From an uncultured Acidimicrobiia bacterium (GTDB taxonomy: Bacteria > Actinomycetota > Acidimicrobiia > Acidimicrobiales > AC-14), in assembly GCA_963836205.1 (NCBI GenBank), contig CAWIIV010000006.1:96001-160000 (forward strand): DNA of 64,000 nucleotides, written 5' to 3'. A model generated the notes under the pieces. It did not search any database. It was not told where the DNA came from and saw only the letters and a program-made list of their open reading frames with translations. Position numbers and translations under genes: made by a program. Below are positions 28,695 to 38,843 of this stretch, in pieces (within the stretch, counting starts at the first letter, position 1; every line of letters starts with the position of its first letter).

Positions 28695-29440
28695 GCTACA
28701 AGTACTGCCCCGGCGTCGGCCGGCGGTCGGCGGTCGACACTCGGCTGACGCCGCCCCGGCGTTCGAAAAGCTCGGCCAAGGTCATGCCCTCCGCCAACCG
28801 TCCCCCGGCCCAGGAAGGCGGCGCTCTCGGCCGCCGTCAGCGGGGTGAACTCGACCTCGGCCCCGGATGACCGTCGTCTTGCCCGTTCCAGGCCGTGCCA
28901 CAGGAGGAGACGACCCCCGCTGGCGGGCGGTGTCATCGCCATGAGCCCGTCGTGCCGGCGGCCGGCGGCGGACGGCGGCCGTGTAGTGGTCGGCGATCGA
29001 GTCCCACGTCGGCGCGTCGAGCTGGCGGCGCACGTTCTCCGGGTTGCAGCGGCCCTGGTACCAGAACTCGACCGGGATCATCTGGGGCCGGGGCTCACCA
29101 CCGGCGCCCGCGACCGTACGTCGGCCACCAGCTTCTCGAGCTGCTCGGGGTCGGTTGCCGCCACCCGCACCGTGGCCGAACCCGAGTTCCACCGCTGCAC
29201 GAGCACGGTCCAGTCGTCCCCGCCTGCCAGCACCCGGTGCCACTTCTCGGCCGTCACCTGCCACCGCACCGAGCCGACGGGCACCAGGTCGGCGGCCCGG
29301 GGCACGACGTCGAGGTCGAGGCACATCACGTACGGCTGCGTCCCGTCGACGAAGCGCGCCAGGGCCAACGCCGTCAAGGCGTCGTCGAAGTCGGTGCTCT
29401 CGTCGAACGTGAACCGCACCTGCGGTTCGGATCCGCCCAT
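28691..29440 (-). pseudogene. DUF5925-like AAA ATPase remnant with frameshifts and internal deletion
   Basis: VEFWY...LDAPTWDSIADHY, GRLLLWHG-PGTGKTT, then jumps to EVEFTPLT; Walker B region missing. Confidence 0.65.
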
Positions 29441-29485
29441 CGGTCCAGGGTGACAGGCGGTGCTCGGCGGGATCGCCGATCTACC

Positions 29486-30082
29486 TCAGACGAACACGAC
29501 CAGGGCGTCGGGCTCGACCCGCACCGACAGCACCCGGGCCTTGCCCATCGCCTGCCCGTCGAGGCGGAGGGGCAACGCGCGGTCGAGCTCGACCTGCATG
29601 GCCTGGGTCCTGCGCTCCTTGATCCCGGGATGGGGCAGGTGGGAGCCGTGGGCCAGGCGGGAGCGCACGGGCGCCAGCTGCCCCGGTCGCAGGTGGACGT
29701 CGTACGTGTCGAGCAGGCCGTCGCCGGGGTGGGCCCGGGGGGCGACGTCCCACGGTCCCAGGTACTGGGCGTTCATGGCCACGAAGGCCCTCGTCCACAG
29801 GCGGGTGCGGGCCACGAGGGACGCCACGAACAGGTGCAGGCGACCGTCGGCCAGGACCAGGCCCAGGTCGACAGGGAAGCGCACGCCGGCCAGCTCCGGG
29901 CCTGTCCCCCCGCCCAGGGTGCGGCACAGGTCGCCCCCGAGCAGGCCCAGGCCCGGGTATGGCCGCCGCTCCCGGCGGGCGTCCTCCAGCGCCGCCCGAG
30001 CCTCTCGGTCGGTCCGCACCACCACCAGCCCGTCCGGGACAGGAGCCGGCTCCCCGTAGGGCGAGCCCTTGGAGATCGGCAC
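29486..30082 (-). CDS. Diacylglycerol kinase-like protein (accessory domain)
   Basis: GGDLCRTLG, MNAQYLG, PRAHPGDGLLD, LDG; follows helY. Confidence 0.75.
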   Translation of the reverse strand: MPISKGSPYGEPAPVPDGLVVVRTDREARAALEDARRERRPYPGLGLLGGDLCRTLGGGTGPELAGVRFPVDLGLVLADGRLHLFVASLVARTRLWTRAFVAMNAQYLGPWDVAPRAHPGDGLLDTYDVHLRPGQLAPVRSRLAHGSHLPHPGIKERRTQAMQVELDRALPLRLDGQAMGKARVLSVRVEPDALVVFV

Positions 30083-30096
30083 CGGCTACGACCGCC

Positions 30097-30144
30097 AACC
30101 GGTGACGGATCTGGCGGTCCTGGCCACCGAAAACGTCACCGGTT
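30097..30144. repeat. REP-like element GGTGAC-N28-GTCACC
   Basis: AACCGGTGAC...GTCACCGGTT; related copies at 56640-56810 and 61948-62057. Confidence 0.8.
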
Positions 30145-30153
30145 CGGACATGG

Positions 30154-32800
30154 TCACACCACCGACGAGGCGGCCACGACGCCCCGGAACAGGCGGTCGG
30201 CGGCCTGGCCGGCGGCGTCGGCGGTGCGCCTGTCGGGGGCGACGATCGACAGTTGGCGCAGGAGGTCGATGAGCTGCTTGATGTTGCGGACGAAGTCGCC
30301 GCCGGTGACGACCTCGTCGGCGATGACGTCGGCGAGGTCGTCGCCCGACGCCCAACCGTGGGCGGCGGCGAAGAAGCCGGGGTCGGGGGTGCGGGTGAGG
30401 GGCAGCCCGGCGGCGGCCTCGGCCGCGTTGAGGTCGAAGGCCAGCTTCTCCAGCTCGACCCACCGCCGCTGCACCCTCCCCGACGGGAACCACACCTTGG
30501 GCTCCTCGCCCGGCCCGCCCCCCCGATGGCCCGACACCCGCCGGGCCTGGAACGTGAACGACGACGCCAGCGCGGCCAGCGCGGCCGGGCTCCAACTCGT
30601 CGAACAGCCCCTCGCCCAGGGCGTGGGCCACCAGCAGGTCGGACTCGTGGTAGATCCGGGTCAGGCGGCGGCCGGCGTCGGTAAGCATCCAGCCGTCCAC
30701 GTAGCCCCACACGTCGAGCACCCGCAGGACCCGGTCGAACTGGCGGGCCAACGACTCGGTGCGACCCTCGATCCGCCGCTCCAGCCGGCGCAGATCCTTC
30801 TCCAGCCGCTCGGCCCGCTCCGCCGCCCGCAGGTGGCGGCGGGCGTCGGGACAGTCGGCGACCGGGTGCGCCTCCGCCGAACCGGCGACCGAGCGGGGCG
30901 CGTGGCGGGCCGCGCCCTCGCCGGTCCGAGGCTGAGCCTTGACCTTGCCCAGTGCCTGGGCCACCTCCCGTTGGAAGGCGGCGTTGCGGGGGGCAAAGGG
31001 CGTGGGCAGGTCGAGGTGGGCGACCATCTGGGGGGGCGACGTGAAGTCCCGGGCCGAGAGGGTGAGGTAGCGGCGATCGGGCGTGATCGCCCCCAGCCGG
31101 ACCTCCGAGCCCCGGCGCCTGGCCGTCGACAGCACCGCCACCCGTCCCGCCGACTTGCCCCCCGAGAGCAGCAGGACGTCGCCCGGTTTGATCCTCTCCA
31201 GTGCCTCCACCACCGCGTCCCGGGACGACGGCGCCCGCCGACCCCGGTCACCCTCCCCCGTCCTCGCCAGCCGCCGGCGGTACTCCTCCACGTCACCCCG
31301 CTCGCAGGTGGCCTCGGACCGGGCCGTCTCCAGCTGCTGGCGGCTGCGCTCCACCTGCCGCTCCAGGCGGACGACGTCCTTGTCGGCCCGGTACTGGGCG
31401 AAGGACAGGTTGAGCAGGTGGTGGGCCGACTCCGGCGTGTACCGCCGCACCAGGTTGACGGCCATGTTGTACGTCGGCCGGAACGACGACGTGAGGGCGT
31501 AGGTGCGGGTCGACGCCAGCCCCGCCACCTGGTCGAAGGGCACGAACGGCGACCACAGCACCACCGCGTGGCCGACCTCGTCGATGCCCCGCCGCCCGGC
31601 CCGCCCGGTGAGCTGGGTGTACTCCCCCGGCGTGAGGAACTCGTGCTTCTCGCCCGTCCACTTCGACAGCTTCTCGATGACGACGGTGCGGGCGGGCATG
31701 TTGATCCCGAGGGCCAGGGTCTCGGTGGCGAAGACGGCCTTGACCAGCCCCGATTCGAAGCACGCCTCCACTGTCTCCTTGAAGGGAGGGACCATCCCCG
31801 CGTGGTGGGCGGCGAAACCCGCCTCCAGCCCGGCCAGCCACTCCCGGTAGCCGAGGACCTCGAGGTCGTCGTCGGACAGGCCCGACGTGCGGGACTCGGC
31901 GATGGCGCGGATGGCGTCGCGCTCCTCGGCCATGGTCAGGCGCATCCCCGTCATCAGGCACTGGCGGACGGCGTCGTCGCAGGCCGCTCGGCTGAAGATG
32001 AACGTGATCGCCGGGAGCATGGCCTCCCGTTCGAGGCGCTCGATCACCTCCGCCCGCCGGGGGGTCTGCAAGGCCGACGACGACCGCCGCTGGGGCCCCC
32101 GGTACGACACCGCGTGGGTGACCTTGGCGTCGAGCTTGGTCGCCTCCGGGTTGGGCTTGCCGTCGACGAAGGTGGGCAGGAGCTTGAGCTCGTCGGACTC
32201 CCGGTCGCTCACCATGTAGAAGTGGTTGAGTTCCACCGGCCGCCGCTCCTCGATGATGGCGACCGTCGACCCCCGCACCGTCTGGATCCAGTCGGCGAAC
32301 TCCTCCGCGTTCGACACCGTCGCCGACAGGCAGACGAGGTCGACCTCGGGGGGCGTGTGAATGATCACTTCCTCCCACACCGGCCCTCGGTACTGGTCCT
32401 GCAGGTAGTGGACCTCGTCGAGGACGACGTAGCGCAGCCCGTTCAGGGTCGGAGAGGCGGCGTAGATCATGTTGCGGAGGACCTCGGTGGTCATCACCAC
32501 CACGGGGGCGTCGCCGTTGATCGAGTTGTCGCCGGTGAGCAGCCCCACCTTGTCGGCCCCGTGCACCCGTCCGAGATCGTTGAACTTCTGGTTCGACAGA
32601 GCCTTCAGGGGCGTGGTGTAGAAGGCCTTGCCCCCCTCGTCGAGGGCCTTGGCCACCGCGTACTCGGCCACCACCGTCTTGCCCGACCCCGTGGGCGCCG
32701 CAACCAGGACCGAGTAGCCGCCGTCGAGGGCGTCGAGGGCCCGGACCTGGAAGGCGTCGAGCTCGAACGGCAGCGCGGCCGCGAACTCGTCCCGTTTCAT
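30154..32800 (-). CDS. helY: Ski2-like DEAD/DEAH RNA helicase HelY (frameshift near 30580)
   Basis: APTGSGKT, DEVH, LSAT, ATETLALGINMPA, GRAGRRG, C-terminal GDFVR..KQLIDLL. Confidence 0.92.
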
Positions 32801-32824
32801 TCCTGCGTGGTCACTTCTTCAACG

Positions 32825-33520
32825 TCATTTCTTGAGCAGCCGTCCGATGAGAATCGACCCCTCGTAGAACAGGTACATCGGCCCGGCCATGGCGAAGAGC
32901 GAGTACGGGTCCTGGCTGGGCGTGATCACCGCCGCCACCGCCACGATGATCACGATCGCCGGCCGCCGCCACGAACGCAGCTTGCGGCTGGTGACCACCC
33001 CCGCCAACTGCAGGAACAGCAGGAGGATGGGGAACTCGAAGGCGATCCCGAAGGCCACCATCATCAGGGTGATCAGGCTGAGGTACTTGCCCGGCGAGAA
33101 CATCGGGTCGACCGAGCTGCCGCCGATGCCGATGAGGAAGCGCAGGGCCTGGGGGAACGTGTACATGGCCACCGCCGCGCCGAGGGCGAAGAGGAGCATC
33201 GAACCCACGATGAAGGGGATGGCGAACTTCTTCTCGTTCTTGTGCAGGCCGGGCGTGATGAACCGCCACAGCTGCCAGAGCACCACCGGCGAGGCGATGA
33301 ACGCGCCGCCCCAGGCCGCCACCTTGAGGCGGGCGGCGAGCCCTTCGAGGGGGTCGAGGATGATGAAGTCGGTCCGACCGGTGATGTCGGTGTAGGGCCT
33401 GATCAGCACGCTGAGGATCTGGTTGAACAGGGCGAAGGCCACCACCGCCCCCACCAGGAGGGCGACCACGGAGATGATCAGCCGGCGGCGAAGCTCGGTG
33501 AGGTGACCGATGAGCGGCAT
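32825..33520 (-). CDS. tatC: Twin-arginine translocase TatC (start may lie about 54 nt upstream)
   Basis: MPLIGHLTELRRRL, WQLWRFITPGL, FGIAFEFP, ITPSQDP. Confidence 0.96.
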   Translation of the reverse strand: MPLIGHLTELRRRLIISVVALLVGAVVAFALFNQILSVLIRPYTDITGRTDFIILDPLEGLAARLKVAAWGGAFIASPVVLWQLWRFITPGLHKNEKKFAIPFIVGSMLLFALGAAVAMYTFPQALRFLIGIGGSSVDPMFSPGKYLSLITLMMVAFGIAFEFPILLLFLQLAGVVTSRKLRSWRRPAIVIIVAVAAVITPSQDPYSLFAMAGPMYLFYEGSILIGRLLKK

Positions 33521-33574
33521 GCGCTCGGCGTCGTCGGCGATCGGGTCGTCCTCGATGATGGCGATGGGAGTCGC

Positions 33575-34250
33575 CTACAGGCGTGCGGGATCGCCGCTCG
33601 GGGACCCGGACGACCCGCCCGCCGCCTCGATCGCCGACGCGGCCTCGGGGGCCGAGGCGGTCTCGGGGGCCGAGGCGGTCTCGGGGGCCGAGGGTCCGGA
33701 ATCCGGTCGCCGCGGGCGCCTCGGGGGCCGAGGCGGTCTCGGGGGCCGGAACGGTCTCGGTCGCCGCGGGCGCCTCGGGGGCCTGCGCTGTCTCAGCGGC
33801 CGGGGGCGTCTCGGGGACGGACGTCGCGCTGGGCGCGGCGGTTGTCTCGGTCGCCGGCGCCGCCGTGGCGGGCTCGTTGGCGACCTCGGTCGCGCCCGCC
33901 GCGGTCTCTGTGGCCGCGGCGACCGCGGCGTGGTCGGCGATCAGGGCCGGGCCGGCGTCGGGTGCGGTGGTCGGGGACACCACCGTGGAGAGCGACGTCG
34001 GGTCGGTGCGGGTGGCGACCGCGGCCGTGGTGTCGGGTACCGCCACCGGGGCGACCACAGTGGACTTGGGCGGGACCTCGATGTCGACCGCGTCCTTGAT
34101 CTCGGTGGTCACGTCGTGGGTCCAACGACGGACTTCGGCGATGGCCTTGCCGACCTGGCGGCCCGCCTCCGGCAACCGCTTCGGACCGAGGACGATCAGG
34201 GCGACGACCAGGATGACCAGGATCTCCGCCGGTCCCAGATTGGTCGGCAT
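33575..34250 (-). CDS. tatB: TatB/TatA-family subunit with long Ala/Pro/Glu/Thr tail (frameshift near 33700)
   Basis: LGPAEILVILVVALIVLGPKRLPEAGRQVG; 18-bp SAPETA repeats. Confidence 0.85.
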
Positions 34251-34259
34251 GGGTTGAGT

Positions 34260-34463
34260 CTACTGAGGGGGTACGTCTTCACTGGCCGCCCGTTGGGCCG
34301 CCAGCTCGTCGCGGAGCTTGGTGATGCCGATCCCGACCTCGCTCAGCTCCTGCATGCTCTTGACCAGCGTCCCCACCGACCGGCCCACCTGGCGGACCGC
34401 CTTCAGCACGAACAGCAGGGCGATGATCGCGACGGGGACGACGATCCACCAGACACCGGACAT
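34260..34463 (-). CDS. Small membrane protein, leaderless
   Basis: N-terminal TM plus amphipathic helix; TAGAAT-N6-ATG. Confidence 0.7.
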   Translation of the reverse strand: MSGVWWIVVPVAIIALLFVLKAVRQVGRSVGTLVKSMQELSEVGIGITKLRDELAAQRAASEDVPPQ

Positions 34464-34532
34464 GCCCGAATTCTACCGACTTCGCCTGGGATACGGTCCG
34501 GCGACGCCCGGCTCCCGAGAAAACCCCCGCCG

Positions 34533-35249
34533 ATGCCCGAATCCCTGCGCCACCCACCGATCGCCTTCGCCCACCGGGGCGGGCGGGCCCATGCCCCCGA
34601 GAACACTCTGGAGGCGTTCCGGCTGGGCCTACGCCTGGGGGCGACGGGGCTGGAGAGCGACGTGTGGCTCACCGCCGACGGGGTCCCCGTGCTCGACCAC
34701 GACGGCCTGGTGCGGGCCCGGCGCCTGGGCCGGCTGCGAAGCGTCCCCATCTCGGCCGTGGCCCGAGCGGATCTGCCCGCCCACGTGCCCACCCTGGCCG
34801 AGCTGTACGCCGAGTGCGGGACCGACTTCGAGCTCTCCCTCGACGCCAAGGACCAGACGGCGGCTGAGGCGGTGGTGGCGACGGCCCGGGCCGCGGGCGA
34901 CGGCGCCCACGAGCGGCTGTGGATCTGCCACCCCGACTGGCAGCTGCTCGCCGGCTGGCGGGAGGACCCCGACTTCGCGGGCGTCCATCTGGTCAACAGC
35001 ACCCGCCTCAAGGAGATGCGCCAGGGTGCGGAGCGGCGGGCGGCGCAGCTCGCGGACGCGGGCATCGACGCCGTCAACCTCCACTACAGCGACTGGTCGG
35101 GGGGCAAGACCGTCCTCTTCCACCGCTTCGGTCGCTACGCCTTCGGCTGGGACGCGCAGCACGAGCGCATCATCCGCGACCTCGTCCGCATGGGGATCGA
35201 CGGCATCTTCGGCGACCACGTCGACCGCCTGGTGGACGCCATGCGCTAG
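34533..35249 (+). CDS. Glycerophosphodiester phosphodiesterase
   Basis: FAHRGGRAHAPENT, LESDV, DHDG, IDGIFGD. Confidence 0.9.
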   Translation: MPESLRHPPIAFAHRGGRAHAPENTLEAFRLGLRLGATGLESDVWLTADGVPVLDHDGLVRARRLGRLRSVPISAVARADLPAHVPTLAELYAECGTDFELSLDAKDQTAAEAVVATARAAGDGAHERLWICHPDWQLLAGWREDPDFAGVHLVNSTRLKEMRQGAERRAAQLADAGIDAVNLHYSDWSGGKTVLFHRFGRYAFGWDAQHERIIRDLVRMGIDGIFGDHVDRLVDAMR

Positions 35250-35590
35250 CCGCCCGCAGACGCTCCACTGGCGAAGACGATGGTGAACACCTGGTCGAGC
35301 CCGGAGATGTTCAACACCCGGGTGGCCGAGGGCGTCGGCGAGCGCAGGACGACGTCGCCCCCGCGTCCGCGGCAGTGCTTGAGGGCGATGACGAACTCCG
35401 ACAGCCCGGTGGAATCCACGAACGCCAGCTCGCTCAGGTCGAGAACCAGCGAGCTGGCACCGTCGTGGTAGAGGCGGCACAGCGCCTGACGGAGGACGTC
35501 GGCGCTCGACACGTCGAGCTCGCCGACCAGGTGCACGGTGGCGTCGCGCCCGTCGGCGGCGATTCTGAGCTCCAGCGGCCCCGCATCCAT
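35246..35590 (-). CDS. STAS anti-sigma factor antagonist
   Basis: GELDVSSA, LDLSELAFVDSTGL, RVLNISGL. Confidence 0.92.
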   Translation of the reverse strand: MDAGPLELRIAADGRDATVHLVGELDVSSADVLRQALCRLYHDGASSLVLDLSELAFVDSTGLSEFVIALKHCRGRGGDVVLRSPTPSATRVLNISGLDQVFTIVFASGASAGG

Positions 35591-35678
35591 CCGGGACTCC
35601 TCGGTCGGGGGGATGGGACTGGCGTCCCGCAGCTGAGCCTTCAACCGACTGGGATCCTACAACCGCCGAGCGCGATTT

Positions 35679-37232
35679 TCAGGGGCCAACCTCCGAGTGC
35701 CGCACCTCGTCGCGCGCCGCCACCCGGACGATCTTGTTGACCGCCGACAGGTAGGCCCGGGCCGACGCCTCGACCACGTCGGTGGACACTCCCCGTCCGG
35801 AAACGCGGATGCCGTCCGCCTCGACCTGCACGATCACGTCGCCGAGGGCGTCGACGCCACCGGTCACCGACGACACGTTGAAGTCGGTGAGCTTGCCGTC
35901 GATGCCGGTGGCGGCCTTGATGGCCTGGCAGGCGGCGTCGATCATCCCGTCGCCTTCGGCCTGGGCCTCGACCTTCTCCCCGTCCCGGATGACCACCACC
36001 CGGGCCCGGGGGATGCCGACCGTCCCCCCGGCCACCTCGAGCGACTCGAGGGTGAAGGCGGGCGCCTGGCTGGTGCCCAGCTCCTCGGCCACGATCGCCT
36101 CCAGGTCGGCGTCGGTGAGCTGGACCTTGCGGTCGGCCAGCTCCTTGAACCGGGTGAAGGCGGAGTTGAGCGCCTCCCCGCTGATGGTGATGCCCATCTT
36201 GGCCAGGGTGTCGGAGAAGGCGTGGCGTCCCGAGTGCTTGCCCAGGACGATCTGGCTGCCGACCTGACCGACCGCGGCGGCGTCGATGATCTCGTAGGTG
36301 GAGCGCTCGGCCAGCACGCCGTGCTGGTGGATACCCGACTCGTGGGCGAAGGCGTTCCGGCCCACGACGGCCTTGTTGTACTGCAACGGGTAGCCGGTGA
36401 GGCGGCTGACCAGGCGGCTCGTGCGGGCCAGCTCCTCGGTGTGCACACCCACCTCGACGCCGGGGAACTGGTCGGCCCGGGTCTTCAGCGCCATCACCAC
36501 TTCCTCCAGGGCGGCGTTGCCGGCCCGCTCCCCCAGGCCGTTGACGCACACCTCCACCTGGCGGGCGCCCGCCTGCACCCCGGCCAGGGAGTTGGCGGTG
36601 GCCAGGCCCAGGTCGTTGTGGCAGTGGACGGACGTCACGTAGTCGCCCTTGACCTCCCGGCGCACGTATTGGATCAGGGCCCCGAAGTCCCACGGGATGC
36701 CGTAGCCGACGGTGTCGGGGATGTTCAGGGTGGTGGCACCGGACTCGACCGCCGCCTGCAGCACCTCCAGCATGAAGTCGAGGGGTGTGCGGGTGGCGTC
36801 CTGGGGGCTGAACTCGACGTCGTCGGTGTGCTCCCGGGCCCGGGCCACTCCGGAGCGGATGGCCGCCAGCACCTGGGTCTGGTCCATCTTGAGCATGTGC
36901 TCGAGGTGTTGGGGGCTGGTGGAGATGAACACGTGGATGCGGCCCCGGTCGGCGTCGCGCAGGGCGTCCCAGCAGCGGTCGACGTCGGTGACCTGGGTGC
37001 GGGAAAGTCCGGCGATCACGGGCCCATGGACGGTGCGGGCGATGCCCCGGACGGCCTCGAAATCACCCTGGCTGGCGACGGGGAACCCGGCCTCGATGTA
37101 GTCGACGTTGAGGCGGGCCAGCTGCTCCGCGATCTCGAGCTTCTCGGCCGCGTCGAGGGAGATCCCGGGCGACTGCTCGCCGTCCCGAAGGGTAGTGTCG
37201 AAGATGATCAGCCGGTCGGGGTCAGGGTTCAT
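35679..37232 (-). CDS. leuA: 2-isopropylmalate synthase
   Basis: [35 protein letters not shown], regulatory domain. Confidence 0.97.
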   Translation of the reverse strand: MNPDPDRLIIFDTTLRDGEQSPGISLDAAEKLEIAEQLARLNVDYIEAGFPVASQGDFEAVRGIARTVHGPVIAGLSRTQVTDVDRCWDALRDADRGRIHVFISTSPQHLEHMLKMDQTQVLAAIRSGVARAREHTDDVEFSPQDATRTPLDFMLEVLQAAVESGATTLNIPDTVGYGIPWDFGALIQYVRREVKGDYVTSVHCHNDLGLATANSLAGVQAGARQVEVCVNGLGERAGNAALEEVVMALKTRADQFPGVEVGVHTEELARTSRLVSRLTGYPLQYNKAVVGRNAFAHESGIHQHGVLAERSTYEIIDAAAVGQVGSQIVLGKHSGRHAFSDTLAKMGITISGEALNSAFTRFKELADRKVQLTDADLEAIVAEELGTSQAPAFTLESLEVAGGTVGIPRARVVVIRDGEKVEAQAEGDGMIDAACQAIKAATGIDGKLTDFNVSSVTGGVDALGDVIVQVEADGIRVSGRGVSTDVVEASARAYLSAVNKIVRVAARDEVRHSEVGP

Positions 37233-37267
37233 TGCCGGAATCCTTCCTGATGCGCAAATACTCTGGG

Positions 37268-37330
37268 GCAAAGAAAAAACCTCCCGGCCCGGAGGCACGA
37301 GAGGTTCGGCGAGCGCGGTGGCGCTCGCCG
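37268..37330 (-). terminator. Attenuator hairpins and intrinsic terminator of the leuA leader
   Basis: CGGCGAGCGC..GCGCTCGCCG hairpin, then AACCTCTCG...CGGGAGG followed by TTTTTTCTTT. Confidence 0.85.
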
Positions 37331-37372
37331 CTAGGTAAGGAGCAGGTCGGTGGCGAAGGTGGTACGTGACAT
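37331..37372 (-). CDS. leuA leader peptide MSRTTFATDLLLT
   Basis: Three tandem Leu codons (CTG CTC CTT) just before the stop and terminator. Confidence 0.85.
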   Translation of the reverse strand: MSRTTFATDLLLT

Positions 37373-37444
37373 CTCGCCCGAGAATGACAGCCTGCTCGCC
37401 ACCCGTCAAGTGGGGGCCGAGATCGAGATGAGGGACCACACACC

Positions 37445-38473
37445 ATGAAGCCTGTTCGCACCGGACTGGTCGCGGGGCTGCTCGCAGGAGCGGCCGGCGC
37501 CGCCAACAAGCTCGTCGGGGACTGGCGGGAGGGCGGCGACGGCTCGCCCAAAGTCCTGACGGGCGCCAACGGCAAGGCGCCGGCCAAGGTCGCCGGCCTC
37601 ACCGACTCGGTCGGCGCCATGAGGGCCCGCCGGGCCGCGAAACGGGCGGAGGCCAACCGTCCCCCGTGGGTCGTGGCGCCGGCACCGGCCGCACCCGCCA
37701 TCGCCGCCGCGCCCGCGCGACCGGCCCCGGCCCCCGCCCCGGCGCGCAGGCTGCCCAGCCTCGACCAGCTCCGGCCGCCGTCGGCCAAGTCGGTCGGCGC
37801 CAGCGTCGGCAAGTACGCGGTCAAGCAGGCGGGCAAGGCCATCACCAAGGCCGCCGCCGACCGGGTGGGCAAGGCCATCGAGGTCATCGAGGTGCTGGAG
37901 AAGGTGGTGGCATCGGCCGCGGCCGAGTCGGCGGCGAAGCCCGACCTGACGCCGTCGGGTCCGGGGGCAGGGGCGATGGCGAGGAACCTGCCGCCGGCCG
38001 CGAACGTGGTGTCGGTGCCCGTCCGCCCGGGCCCGGCCGACGTTCCGTCCACCGCCACCCCGGGTCCGGAGGCGGCGGCCGAGGTTGTCGCCCCGGCCTC
38101 GCCGCCGGAGGTGCCGAAGCCCAGGGGCACGCTGGTGTCGGTGCGCAAGTTCGAGCGGGGCCCGCGGGTGGTCGTCGGCCCCGGGGTGAAGCCGAATGAA
38201 CCGGAGCCCGCCGCGCCCGAGTCGGCGGGCGAGGTGGCGGTGGCGGAGGCGGTGGAGGCCGTCGTCGAGGCGATGGAGGCGACCGTCACCGATGCCGCAC
38301 CTGCGACACCAGCCAAGGCGAAGCCGAAGTCGAAGGCGGCGGCGAAGCCCAGGGCGGCGGCGAAGCCCAAGGTGGCCGCGCCCAGGAAGGCGGCGGCCAA
38401 GCGGGCACCGGTCAAGCCCAAGTCCGACGCTCCGACGGAGGCGAGGGCACCGGGCGGTGACACCACCACCTGA
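37445..38473 (+). CDS. Low-complexity Ala/Pro-rich protein with Lys/Ala-rich tail
   Basis: GAGGGA RBS; AAKP repeats. Confidence 0.65.
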   Translation: MKPVRTGLVAGLLAGAAGAANKLVGDWREGGDGSPKVLTGANGKAPAKVAGLTDSVGAMRARRAAKRAEANRPPWVVAPAPAAPAIAAAPARPAPAPAPARRLPSLDQLRPPSAKSVGASVGKYAVKQAGKAITKAAADRVGKAIEVIEVLEKVVASAAAESAAKPDLTPSGPGAGAMARNLPPAANVVSVPVRPGPADVPSTATPGPEAAAEVVAPASPPEVPKPRGTLVSVRKFERGPRVVVGPGVKPNEPEPAAPESAGEVAVAEAVEAVVEAMEATVTDAAPATPAKAKPKSKAAAKPRAAAKPKVAAPRKAAAKRAPVKPKSDAPTEARAPGGDTTT

Positions 38474-38502
38474 CGGGCCGGCGGTCGACGTCGCGATAGT
38501 TC

Positions 38503-38543
38503 GTTGTGCAGTTACGTCGGTATATCCCACATAACTGCACAAC
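38503..38543. repeat. 12-bp inverted repeat between convergent genes (REP-like or terminator)
   Basis: GTTGTGCAGTTA-N17-TAACTGCACAAC. Confidence 0.65.
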
Positions 38544-38637
38544 CAACGCGAAGGCGGCGGCGGTCGACTTGGAGGCGATTGCGGCGGCGGCGGGATCGGT
38601 GGCGGCGGTCGACGTGGAGATGCGGCGGCGGGCGGCG

Positions 38638-38838
38638 TCAGCCCCGGGCGGGGAGACGGCGGCGGTCGCGGTACTCCCAGCAGGCGAAATGCCAGTGGCG
38701 GCGGAGGTCGGGGGACTCCAGGGGCACGACTACCAGGTGGCCCATCCCCTCCGCGATCACCTGGTTGCAGCCGGGGCAGAGGTACGCCTTGCGGGCCTGG
38801 TAGGGCTGGATGCGGCGGACCTCGACCTCGTCCTGCAC
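38638..38838 (-). CDS. Small actinobacterial Cys/His protein
   Basis: KAYLCPGCNQVI..H.VV.P....RRHWH..CW; follows serA. Confidence 0.8.
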   Translation of the reverse strand: MQDEVEVRRIQPYQARKAYLCPGCNQVIAEGMGHLVVVPLESPDLRRHWHFACWEYRDRRRLPARG

Positions 38839-38843
38839 GTCGC

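Noticed and set aside
28895-34099. 1734-aa plus-strand ORF and other long ORFs (8447-11092, 23830-27051, 42547-45621, 48030-50438)
   Set aside because: Antisense or off-frame shadows of recognisable genes; stops are rare at this GC content and the products have no motifs
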